From NCBI GenBank assembly GCA_965261735.1, contig OZ253470.1, forward strand, positions 2,144,001 to 2,208,000: a DNA stretch of 64,000 nt, read 5' to 3'. The position numbers and the translations under genes were made by a program. This DNA is from Alphaproteobacteria bacterium (GTDB lineage: Bacteria > Pseudomonadota > Alphaproteobacteria > SHVV01). Numbering within the stretch: the stretch's first letter is position 1; each line of letters starts with the position of its first letter. The notes below the pieces were generated by a model. That model saw nothing but the letters and a program-made list of their open reading frames with translations. It was not told where the DNA came from and did not search any database. Below, one piece after another: positions 50,699-60,407 of this stretch.

Positions 50699-51784
50699 AT
50701 GACGACGACAGAGGTCAGGCTGGCGCGGCGCGAGGACGAGCTGTCCCCCGCGCAGGAACTCGAGCGCATTCCGCTCTACGAGAAGGGCAAGCCGCCGCAA
50801 CCGCTCTTCGATATCGACTATATGGACGAGCTCGAGGCGACGTGGGGCCGCAAGTGGGGCGCCCAGACGGAGCTCGGACAGCTTCGCGCGGTCATGATGC
50901 AGCCGCCGACGATGGGGCAGACCGACACGCCCCTGTACCGCGAGGATCCGGTCTACTTCATGTGGCCCAAGGGCGTGCCCGACTTCGAGGCGATGAAGCG
51001 CAACCACCAGTCGCTGGCCGATCTCCTCAAGGGCGAGGGTGTCGAAATCGTCTACCTCAACGCGCCCGATGCCGTGCGCGGTACCTACACCTTCATCAAG
51101 GGCTACGATGCACCGCGCGAGCCGGTGATCCTGAACGGCGGCGCGCTCGTCTGCCGCAACGCCATCGGGCCGCAGCGCGGCATCAACAAGCTCATCGCGA
51201 CCCGCCTGATGGAGATCGGCTGCCCCATCCTGTACATGGCCCACGGCAAGGGTTCGTCGATCACCGGCGGCAATTTCGTCTGGCTCGACGAGCGTCACGT
51301 GATGATCGGGTGCAGCGTGCACACGAGCATGGAAGGCATCGAGGAGGTCACGCCAATCCTGCACAGGGCGGGCGTCGAGGAGATTCACGTGGCGCACATG
51401 CCGGGTTATCTCAACCAGATGACCGAGCGCGCCGGGGGTGCCGGGGGCTTCTACCACCTCGACATGATCTTCCAGATGGTCGACCAGGGCGTGGCCGTGA
51501 TCTACCCGGCGGGCGTCGGCTACGACACCATCCGCTACCTCAAGAAGCGGAACATCGATCTCATCGAGATTCCGCTCGAGGAGGTGCAGAACTATGCCTG
51601 CAACCTGCTGCCGATCCGGCCCGGGCGCGTGGTGCTGACCGCCGGCAACCCGCGCACCCGCGAGGCGCTGGAGAAGCGCGGAGTCGAGGTTCTCGAGATG
51701 ACGTTCGACGGCGGCCGCCTGAGCGGCCGTGGACCCGTGTGCTCGACCTTACCGCTGGTGCGTGACGTGGGTCCGTCGATCTGA
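50699..51784 (+). CDS. Pentein-superfamily protein, paralog P6 (divergently transcribed)
   Basis: Same N-terminal arm as P1-P5, ITGGN, FYHLDM, GRGPVCSTLPLVRD. Confidence 0.88.
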   Translation: MTTTEVRLARREDELSPAQELERIPLYEKGKPPQPLFDIDYMDELEATWGRKWGAQTELGQLRAVMMQPPTMGQTDTPLYREDPVYFMWPKGVPDFEAMKRNHQSLADLLKGEGVEIVYLNAPDAVRGTYTFIKGYDAPREPVILNGGALVCRNAIGPQRGINKLIATRLMEIGCPILYMAHGKGSSITGGNFVWLDERHVMIGCSVHTSMEGIEEVTPILHRAGVEEIHVAHMPGYLNQMTERAGGAGGFYHLDMIFQMVDQGVAVIYPAGVGYDTIRYLKKRNIDLIEIPLEEVQNYACNLLPIRPGRVVLTAGNPRTREALEKRGVEVLEMTFDGGRLSGRGPVCSTLPLVRDVGPSI

Positions 51785-51862
51785 AGCTCTCGCAAGGTGA
51801 GGGCGACCAAGACCGGCGCGGCCCGTTCGCTGGGCCGCGCCCCACGGGGGAGCGCTACGGCC

Positions 51863-52648
51863 ATGAAGGGTGTCATCAACTACGTCTTCGAGCGACCCAC
51901 GGCCCACCGCACGATCGTCGTCATCATCTTTTTCATCTTCTGGGAGTGGGCCGCGCGCAACGCCAATCCGCTCTTCATCTCCTATCCGACGGCGATCTTT
52001 GTCGCGTTCTGGGAGCTGCTGCTCAACGGCGAGCTCATCCGGGCGTTCCTCGCCAGCATGGTGCCGTTCGCGATCGGCATGGCGATCTCCATCGCCGGCG
52101 GCATCGCCCTCGGTGTCGTCATCGGGCAGTGGTGGTTCTTCGAGCGCACGCTCGATCCCTTCGTCAACGCGCTCTACGCGATCCCTCGGGTCGCGCTGGT
52201 ACCGCTCATCATGCTGTGGGCCGGCCTGGAAACCACGGGCAAGGTCACGATTCTGGTGTCCATCGCCATCTTTCCGGTCCTCATCAACACCTACTCCGGC
52301 ATCAAGGACGTGCGCGGCTCCTTCCTCGAGATCGGCAAGGCCTTCGGCGCCACGGAACGCGAGATCTTCGTCAAGATCACGATGCCGGCGGCGGTTCCCT
52401 TCGTCATGGCCGGCATCCGCATGTCGGTCGGGCTCGCCATCATCGGCATGGTCGTCGCCGAGTTCTTCACCGCCATCACCGGGCTCGGCGGTATGATCGT
52501 CGAATACGCTAACGTCTTTGCCACCGACAGGCTGTTCGTGCCGATCATCCTCATCGGCCTCATGGGCGTCGGCCTGACCGAGCTGGTGATGTACATCGAG
52601 CGCCGGCTCTCGAAGTGGCGCACCCTCGAGCGCGACCGCATCGGGTAG
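51863..52648 (+). CDS. NitT/TauT family ABC permease
   Basis: IPRVALVPLIMLWAG, EAA-like loop, VVAEF..GLG. Confidence 0.88.
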   Translation: MKGVINYVFERPTAHRTIVVIIFFIFWEWAARNANPLFISYPTAIFVAFWELLLNGELIRAFLASMVPFAIGMAISIAGGIALGVVIGQWWFFERTLDPFVNALYAIPRVALVPLIMLWAGLETTGKVTILVSIAIFPVLINTYSGIKDVRGSFLEIGKAFGATEREIFVKITMPAAVPFVMAGIRMSVGLAIIGMVVAEFFTAITGLGGMIVEYANVFATDRLFVPIILIGLMGVGLTELVMYIERRLSKWRTLERDRIG

Positions 52649-52666
52649 CAAGGCGACGCGCCGGAC

Positions 52667-53125
52667 CTACAGGATCGTCGAGGGCGAGAACTCGAGGCGC
52701 CGCGTGTCCATGCGCACCGTGCGCTCGGCGAGCCGCGGCGCCGCGCCATCCAGCGCTATGTCATCGTGGTAGGTGACCACGGCAAAGAGGCGGCTCGTCC
52801 CTTGCGGATCGGTGTGATAGACGATCACCGAGCTCTCCATCCTCACCCGCGCCTCTGAGCGCTCGATCTCCCGGCAGCGGCCGGCGTGGCGGCGGTAAGT
52901 ACCGGGCACGACGAGGTGGCGCGGCAGGTCCTCGAAGCGGACGCGAAGCTGCTCCAGGCTCTGGTCGAGCCACACCATCTCCTTGCCGATCTCGTCGCTG
53001 TAGGCGGTGATGCGGTAGCGGAAGTCGGGCGCGCACAGGCCGAGCCAGGACTCGTAGGCCTCGGCGTCGAGGAGGGCGCAGGAGGCGTAGACGAGGTCGA
53101 CCAGCGCGGCCCGATCGGTGCTCAC
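52667..53125 (-). CDS. Ring-hydroxylating oxygenase beta subunit, MsmB-like
   Basis: GTG start overlapping the alpha stop; LCAPDFRYRITAYSDEIGKEMVWLD, VRMDTRRL. Confidence 0.75.
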   Translation of the reverse strand: MSTDRAALVDLVYASCALLDAEAYESWLGLCAPDFRYRITAYSDEIGKEMVWLDQSLEQLRVRFEDLPRHLVVPGTYRRHAGRCREIERSEARVRMESSVIVYHTDPQGTSRLFAVVTYHDDIALDGAAPRLAERTVRMDTRRLEFSPSTIL

Positions 53126-54330
53126 GCCGCCCCCGCGGCCCCCGCGGCGGCGAGCGGATCGCGCGCCGAGCGTCCCATGCGGCGCTCCCACTCGGCGTAG
53201 TACTGGCGCAGGTTGGCCTCGTCGTGGGCCATCAGGTTTTCCTCGCGCGCGATCACGCTGTAGCTCGCGCTGCCGTAGGTCGCCTCCTGCTGGATAATGG
53301 CGGCGGCGTTGTCCTCGGGCACGTTCCAGCCGAAGGGCCCCCACAGCGTGTTGTGGTCGTTGTAGCGGGCGAGGCGCGCCGCCTCGGGCTCGCCCTTGAC
53401 GCCGATGCCGCGAAACTGCACCAGTGTCCGATCGACGCCGTGCGGCGTCATGGTGTCGATGCGCATGGCCGAATCGCGCATGATCATCGCCGTGTCGGGC
53501 CACACGTCGACGACTCGGAACTCGCGCGGCCCGAGCCCCGGCAGCGGCACTCCTTCGCGCTCCTTCTTCCAGCCCGGCTGGGCGTCGTACTGAACGATCA
53601 GGGGCCCGAGCAGCGTCGCGTGCCCGCGCCGGTAGAACTTCCAGGTGCGCTCGTGGTAGCCGGCCGCGCGGATGGTCTGGCGGCGATTAATGCTGTGCAT
53701 GAACGCGTGGTAGGACTCGCAGTTCACCTCCTGCAGGTGCTTCCAGTTCGCGTCCACGATCTGCTCGTGATAGTGGTAGACCTCGAGCGGCTCGGTGCCG
53801 AGAACAGCGGCCGCGTTCTCCAGCCCATCGCCCAGGAAATCATCGATGGGTTCGGCGTCATCGTCGAAATTGATGAACACCAGGCCCAGGCGTACCGCCG
53901 TCCGGATCTCGCGCAGGCCCATGTCCTCGGCGCGGCAGCCGGCGCTCTCGTAGGCTTCGTTGCGCGTCATCGAGACGCAGTTCCCTTGCGCATCGTACAC
54001 CCATAGGTGGAACACGCAGGTGAAGCGCGTGGCGTTCCCGTGCAGGCCCTGGACGACCTTGGCGCCGCGGTGCGAGCAGGTGTTCTGGAAGGTGCGCACC
54101 GCGCCGTCCTCGCCGCGCACGACCAGGATGGGAATGCGCGCTACCTCCATCGTGCGGTAGTCGCCGGGCTCGGCGACCTCGCTCTCGTGACAGACGAACT
54201 TCCACACCTTGTGCCAGATGTTCTCGATTTCCGCCTCGAAGATCGACTCGTCGGTGTAGATGCGATTGTCGAGGAAGTGGGTGGGGGGAAGCTGCGGGGC
54301 GCGCTCCCACTCCCGGGCCGTGCGCGACAT
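53122..54330 (-). CDS. Rieske oxygenase alpha subunit, MsmA (methanesulfonate monooxygenase)-like
   Basis: CSH-x17-CVFH; ESYHAFMH; DHNTLWGPFG; REENLMAHDE..RQYYAEWERRMGR resemble MsmA-type sequences. Confidence 0.75.
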   Translation of the reverse strand: MSRTAREWERAPQLPPTHFLDNRIYTDESIFEAEIENIWHKVWKFVCHESEVAEPGDYRTMEVARIPILVVRGEDGAVRTFQNTCSHRGAKVVQGLHGNATRFTCVFHLWVYDAQGNCVSMTRNEAYESAGCRAEDMGLREIRTAVRLGLVFINFDDDAEPIDDFLGDGLENAAAVLGTEPLEVYHYHEQIVDANWKHLQEVNCESYHAFMHSINRRQTIRAAGYHERTWKFYRRGHATLLGPLIVQYDAQPGWKKEREGVPLPGLGPREFRVVDVWPDTAMIMRDSAMRIDTMTPHGVDRTLVQFRGIGVKGEPEAARLARYNDHNTLWGPFGWNVPEDNAAAIIQQEATYGSASYSVIAREENLMAHDEANLRQYYAEWERRMGRSARDPLAAAGAAGAA

Positions 54331-54502
54331 GCCTGGTCCCTCCCTGAAGGCGCGGCATCGAGCCGCCGGCAGATGGAGAAATCCTAGCCCTTAAGGCGGC
54401 CCGCCTCAAACGCCAAGGTGACACTGTACGATCGCGTTAGGCCGAAGACGCGACGATGACATGGTATTGTGCGCTGACACCCGTCCAAACCGGGAGAGAA
54501 AC

Positions 54503-55036
54503 ATGAAGGGCGCGGAGTTCATCCTCGATACCTTCGAGCGCAACAAGGCGGCGCTGCACCGGGAGTTCGAGGACATTACGCCCGGCGAACTTGCGTCCGA
54601 GCCCCATCCCTCGATCACCTGGCTCGCGTGGCATCTGGTGCGGGTACAGGACGTCGAGATGGCGAAGCTCGCGGGGCGCTGCCAGACGTGGATCGTCGAT
54701 GGCTGGCACGACAGGTTCGGTATGCCGTCCGACCCGCAGGACTACGGGCCGGCGCACACTCAGACGCGCGCACAGGTAAGTGCGCTCCAGGCGGAAGCGT
54801 CATTACTACTCGCCTACCACGATACGGTACACGGGCGTAGCGCCGAGTTCCTTGCCGGGCTCAGCGACGACGATCTCGACCGCGTGCTCGACGAGCCGCG
54901 CTTCCAGCCGCTGCCCACGGTGGGCGTCCGCCTCGTGAGCGTGATCAACGACAACATCCAGCACGTCGGCCAGATCATGTACCAGAAGGCGTGCCTCCGG
55001 GCCGGCGGCTGGTTCCCCAACCCGCGGCCGGCCTGA
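54503..55036 (+). CDS. DinB/YfiT family protein
   Basis: SITWLAWHL, QHVGQI. Confidence 0.8.
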   Translation: MKGAEFILDTFERNKAALHREFEDITPGELASEPHPSITWLAWHLVRVQDVEMAKLAGRCQTWIVDGWHDRFGMPSDPQDYGPAHTQTRAQVSALQAEASLLLAYHDTVHGRSAEFLAGLSDDDLDRVLDEPRFQPLPTVGVRLVSVINDNIQHVGQIMYQKACLRAGGWFPNPRPA

Positions 55037-55066
55037 AACGATCAAGAACCCGCCGGGAGGTCGCCG

Positions 55067-55333
55067 ATGCCCTTGCTCCGTAGCCTGCTGATGCGCGCCG
55101 CCCTGCGGATCGCCTCCGATCCGCGCGTTCAGGCCAAGGCGGCAGAGGTCTACGACGGCGAGGTCAAGCCGCGCGCCGAGGCCGCCTGGTCGCGCGCCAA
55201 GCCCAAGCTTGCAGCTGCCAAGGCGGAGCTGCGCGAGGTGGCCCGCGAAGCCGACCCGCGAGGACGAGCCCGCGAGCTCGCCCGGAAGCTAAAGCGGCGC
55301 CTCGACGAGGGAACGGGCCCCAAGGATCGCTGA
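55067..55333 (+). CDS. Small hypothetical protein
   Basis: GGGAGG RBS, helical 88-aa ORF with high GC3. Confidence 0.6.
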   Translation: MPLLRSLLMRAALRIASDPRVQAKAAEVYDGEVKPRAEAAWSRAKPKLAAAKAELREVAREADPRGRARELARKLKRRLDEGTGPKDR

Positions 55334-55543
55334 TCTCGTGGGCGAGGAACGGCGCCGCCGCGACGCCCCGCCAGTGATTGCGGTCGCGCATTCCGACCGA
55401 TGAGACGCATGTGGCCCGTTCAGGGCTTGAGGTGGCGCCGCAAACCGCACGCCGTCCCCGTGCGGACACCGATGAAGACGCGTAGTAAGGTGATCCCCCA
55501 AATGCTGTCGGTGCAGGCGGTATTGACGAGAGCGGGGCACACG

Positions 55544-55926
55544 ATGAAACGGTACATATTGATGGCGGCAATAGCGTCCGCGGTAGGCTTGTTGGCGCCT
55601 CAAACCACTGCGGCGGACGAATTCGCATTTGATTTCGAATGGGGGGACATCTCCCTATGTACCACCGGGTATCCGAATCGAGTAACGAACCCGATCTTTT
55701 CAATGTTGGCTGTGCCCGCCGGCACACCGACCTCGATGCACCCAATTACAACCACGGTGGCGGGCGCGTAGCGTACTCGGGTCAACAAACCATTCAGCCG
55801 GGTGCGTTTAAGTACGACAGCCCATGCCCGCCCAACGGCCAACATAGGTATCGCTGGACCGCGCGTGCGAGAGACAAGGACGGCAAGACGCTCGCCAGAA
55901 CCAACGCAATGAAGAAATACCCGTGA
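55544..55926 (+). pseudogene. Secreted YbhB/YbcL (PEBP)-like protein with a small deletion/frameshift at ~55727
   Basis: Signal peptide..VPAGT in one frame; DLDAPNYNHGGG..SPCPPNGQHRY in the other. Confidence 0.7.
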
Positions 55927-55969
55927 TCGGCGAGGCTGGGCGCGTCGCTCCCAATCCCGATGTTTGTTT

Positions 55970-58418
55970 CTTGCCTATCCGGTTAACGCCCATGACCGCT
56001 ACATGTAGGGTGCCACCACTCTCCCGAGTAAAGCTCGGCATAGGTTGGAGCAGAGGTGTCGCCCGCGATGCCGAGCAATGAGCGGAAGGCGTTGAACGGG
56101 TAGAACCGCCTGTTGAAGCGGAAGGTGAACTCGTTGAGGTAGGCTTGTAGGTGCTGGTGGCTAACGCCGTGGTGGATACCGATCAGCCACGTCTTCAGGT
56201 TGGCGAAAACCAGATGGATGATCGGCAGGTATTGCTCGGCAACCTCTGGATCACCACACTCGGCAACAGCGAAGTGCTCATAGCCGCGCTTACCGAGGCC
56301 AGCATAGCCGCTCCAATCGTCAGTAACGATCAGCGATCGCGGCGCGACGGTGCTCTCGACGAACCCACAGAGCGACTCGGCGCTACGGTCGAGCACGACG
56401 GCGAGCCGAACGCGTCCGGCATAGCGTCCGTCTTTCCGGTTGTCGAGCTTGGTGCCCGGCTTTCGATGACGCACCTCGATGGCACAGGTGAGGTGGCCTC
56501 GGTTTGTCGGACAGCTTGGCGGCTTGATTAAGGTGTATTCCAGTTGTCGTTCATGCCGCCAGAATCCCTTTGCATCGATCTCCTTGCCGTTGTTGTTGCG
56601 CCTGTGGGGATGTGGGCAAGGCGCGTAGCGGCTTGTCCATCATATCCACAGGCGGGGCGCCGCGGTAGGCCTCGGCCGGCGTTTCCCCCCCGAGCGCCGA
56701 GTGCGGCCTCTCGGTGTTGTAGAAGTCGATCCACTCGCCGATGACGCGCCGGGCCTCGAAGCCGTCGGCGAGCTCGCGCAGATAGACGGCCTCGTATTTG
56801 AGCGAGCGCCACAGCCGCTCAATGAAGATGTTGTCCAGGCACCGGCCCCTGCCGTCCATCGAGATCCGGATGCCGGTCTCCCGCAAGCGCCCGGTGAAGG
56901 CGAAGCCGGTGAACTGGCTGCCCTGGTCGGTATTGAAGATCTCCGGCGTGCCATGGCGGGCCAGCGCCTCGTCGAGCGCGTCTGTGCAGAAGCCCGCATC
57001 CAGGGTGTTCGACAGACGCCAAGCCAGCACATGCCGGTTGGCCCAGTCCATGATCGCCACCAGGTAAAGAAAGCCGCGCCGCACCGGGATGTAGGTGATG
57101 TCGGCGCACCAGACATGGTTCGCCCGCTCGATCGTCAAGCCTCTGAGCAGATAGGGGTAGACCCGGTGCTCGGGATGCGGATCGCTGGTGCGCGGCGCCC
57201 GATAGATCGCCTGAAGCCCCATCAGGCGCATCAGACGACCGGCCCGGCGACGACCGACGCGCACGCCCTCGCGGCGTAGATGACGGACCATCTGACGGGC
57301 GCCGTAGAACGGATACTTCAGGAACAACTCATCAATGCGCCGCATCAGCGCCAGGGTCTCCGGGCTCTCGCCCTTGGGCGTGTAATAGAGCGAGGAGCGT
57401 CCGATCGACAGCAAACGGCATTGACGGCTCAAGCTCAGCGCCGGGTGAGCGCGTATCACCATCGTTCGCCTCTCGGCCCGGCTCATCGACCGGACCCTCG
57501 AGACAAAAAATCCCGCTCCACCGTCAACTCGCCGATCTTCGCGTGAAGATCACGGATCTCGCTCTCATGGTCCCGACGGCGGCGCTCGCCCCCGTTCGAA
57601 AACACTTCGCCAAGACCATCGATCGCCTGCCGCTTCCATGTGCTCACTTGGTTCGGATGAACCTGGTGCTGCGAGGCGATCTCCTGAAGCGTCCGGTCGC
57701 CACGAAGCGCCTCAAGCGCGATCTTCGCCTTCAGCTCCCCGGAAAACCTGCGTCTCTTACTCATCGCGTATCCCTCCTCAGTCGGCGGAATACACCTTAA
57801 AAACCTGTCCGATTTTCCGGGGCCACCTCAAGGAGACGGGAACCTTGTGGTGAACACCACGGCCTTCCCCACGCGTTCGCCCGCCAACCCAGGTTTCGTC
57901 CACCTCAACATGGTTCTTGGGCTGTCCACCGATCCTGTCTTGGTTGGGCCGCACCATGCCCGAGCGGAGCTTGTGGAGAATTTGAAAGGCCGTCTCGTAG
58001 CGCGAAAGACCAAGTTGCCGCTGAAACTGCACGGCGGACATGCCGGGCGTCTGACTGGCGACCAGATAAGCGGCCCAGAACCAGACGTTCAGCGGAGTGT
58101 GGCTACGCTCCATCACTGTTCCCACCGTCAGCCCGGTGTTCTGGCGGCACTTGCGGCAGCGCAGGACGCCAGGGCGGTTTTCAAAGTGGAACGGCTCTCC
58201 CGCCGTGCCGCAGTGCGGGCAGGCAAAGCCGTCTCCCCAGCGGGCTTTCTCCAGGTAGGCGGCGCAGGCCGCATCATCGGGGAAAAGTCGCTGGAACTCG
58301 GGTAGCGAATGCGGGAATGGGAGATCGGCGCGGTCGAGAACATCCATGGCGCGCTCCCCTATATCCGGTTTGCACCCATTCTAGCCCTAGTGGGTGTGGG
58401 TGTAAACCGGATAGGAAG
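55970..58418 (-). mobile_element. IS1595 (ISSod11-type) copy B, interrupted by IS3
   Basis: Termini CTTGCCTATCCGG / CCGGATAGGAAG; 8-bp TSD GTTTGTTT (55962-55969, 58419-58426); transposase split at 56488/57831. Confidence 0.93.
56489..57830 (-). mobile_element. IS3 family element, copy 2 (OrfA 57483-57764, OrfB 56551-57486)
   Basis: Same 1342-bp length and identical ORF translations as copy 1; 3-bp TSD AGG. Confidence 0.95.
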
Positions 58419-58431
58419 GTTTGTTTTTAGC

Positions 58432-58824
58432 CTATGAGCGGGCATCCGGGCCGGGGAGGCCCGACCTCCGGCCTCGGGAGCCATCGACGGACTCGGCGAA
58501 GACGAGGTAGCGCAGCGGACCCCCCGGCGTTAGGGCATCGAACGGATAGCACGTCGCAAGGACGAGCCTCCGGCGCGAGCCGATGACGTCAATGCGGACC
58601 CTTCGCGCATCCGCGACTTCGGTCGCCGTCACACGGAAACGGCGCGCGACACCGGTGTGATCCTCGACATAGAGCTCGTCGCCAGTCTGGAGACGTGCCA
58701 GGAAACGGAAATGGGGATCGCGATGCCCCGCGATGAGGCTCGTCCCGGGCTGGTCGGGCAGCGGCGAGCCGTCGACGTGTCCGGGCCCGAAGGCGAGCGT
58801 CCTGCCGCTGCCGCCGGCGAGCAT
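58432..58824 (-). pseudogene. Class GN (marine proteobacterial) sortase, N-terminally deleted
   Basis: SGRTLAFGPGH, IAGHRD, LATCYPFDA..GGPLRY. Confidence 0.85.
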
Positions 58825-59069
58825 ACAGATCGGCCAGGACGCTCATCGAAACCTCCGCCGCCGTCGCGCTCGGCCAGTCGACACGAATGTCCGTGAGCAC
58901 CGGGTGCTCGAGCTTGGCCAGCAGGCTCGCCATGCGGTCGCCGACCTCGTGGAGCTCGCCGATGTAGGTGAACGTGCCGCGGCCGGTCTCGGCCGCCTCT
59001 TGCATGAAGTAGCTGTTGGGCGCCGTGCCAATGCCGATCGTAAAGAGGCCCGCGCCGGGCCGTTCGTCG

Positions 59070-60174
59070 CTTGCCTATCCGGTTAACGCCCATGACCGCT
59101 ACATGTAGGGTGCCGCCACTCTCCCGAGTAAAGCTCGGCATAGGTTGGAGCAGAGGTGTCGCCCGCGATGCCGAGCAATGAGCGGAAGGCGTTGAACGGG
59201 TAGAACCGCCTGTTGAAGCGGAAGGTGAACTCGTTGAGGTAGGCTTGTAGGTGCTGGTGGCTAACGCCGTGGTGGATACCGATCAGCCACGTCTTCAGGT
59301 TGGCGAAAACCAGATGGATGATCGGCAGGTATTGCTCGGCAACCTCTGGATCACCACACTCGGCAACAGCGAAGTGCTCATAGCCGCGCTTACCGAGGCC
59401 AGCATAGCCGCTCCAATCGTCAGTAACGATCAGCGATCGCGGCGCGACGGTGCTCTCGACGAACCCACAGAGCGACTCGGCGCTACGGTCGAGCACGACG
59501 GCGAGCCGAACGCGTCCGGCATAGCGTCCGTCTTTCCGGTTGTCGAGCTTGGTGCCCGGCTTTCGATGACGCACCTCGATGGCACAGGAGACGGGAACCT
59601 TGTGGTGAACACCACGGCCTTCCCCACGCGTTCGCCCGCCAACCCAGGTTTCGTCCACCTCAACATGGTTCTTGGGCTGTCCACCGATCCTGTCTTGGTT
59701 GGGCCGCACCATGCCCGAGCGGAGCTTGTGGAGAATTTGAAAGGCCGTCTCGTAGCGCGAAAGACCAAGTTGCCGCTGAAACTGCACGGCGGACATGCCG
59801 GGCGTCTGACTGGCGACCAGATAAGCGGCCCAGAACCAGACGTTCAGCGGAGTGTGGCTACGCTCCATCACTGTTCCCACCGTCAGCCCGGTGTTCTGGC
59901 GGCACTTGCGGCAGCGCAGGACGCCAGGGCGGTTTTCAAAGTGGAACGGCTCTCCCGCCGTGCCGCAGTGCGGGCAGGCAAAGCCGTCTCCCCAGCGGGC
60001 TTTCTCCAGGTAGGCGGCGCAGGCCGCATCATCGGGGAAAAGTCGCTGGAACTCGGGTAGCGAATGCGGGAATGGGAGATCGGCGCGGTCGAGAACATCC
60101 ATGGCGCGCTCCCCTATATCCGGGTTGCGCCCATTCTAGCCCTAGTGGGTGTGGGTGTAAACCGGATAGCCATG
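59070..60174 (-). mobile_element. IS1595 (ISSod11-type) copy C, intact (transposase 59083-60102)
   Basis: 1105 bp; termini CTTGCCTATCCGG / CCGGATAGCCATG; 8-bp TSD GTTCGTCG; 339-aa ORF with Zn ribbon and D-D-H-K pattern. Confidence 0.95.
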
Positions 60175-60407
60175 GTTCGTCGATGAGGCGAAAGAGCGCC
60201 GCCTCGTTGCCGACGGCCCCGTCGGTCAGGAAGACCACCTGCCGGAGGTAGCCTTGCGGAGGCGCGCCCGCGAGCGCCGCCATTAGCGCCGGCGCCATCT
60301 CGGTGCCGCCCGAGGCCGACAGGGCGCGCACGTAGCGCCGTGCGCGGGCGAGTCTCTCCGCCTCGACGGCAAGGGGCTGGGCGAACAGTGCCGAGGTCTC
60401 GTCCGCG

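Noticed and set aside
42326-51784. Calling the paralogs arcA (arginine deiminase) or ddaH
   Set aside because: No arcB/arcC/arcD nearby, and the canonical FxRD/EGGD motifs are altered; only a superfamily-level assignment is supportable.
9861-57830. Composite transposon bounded by the two direct-repeat IS3 copies
   Set aside because: Each copy has its own TSD (CAT, AGG), showing independent insertions, and the interval contains housekeeping-type genes such as recQ.
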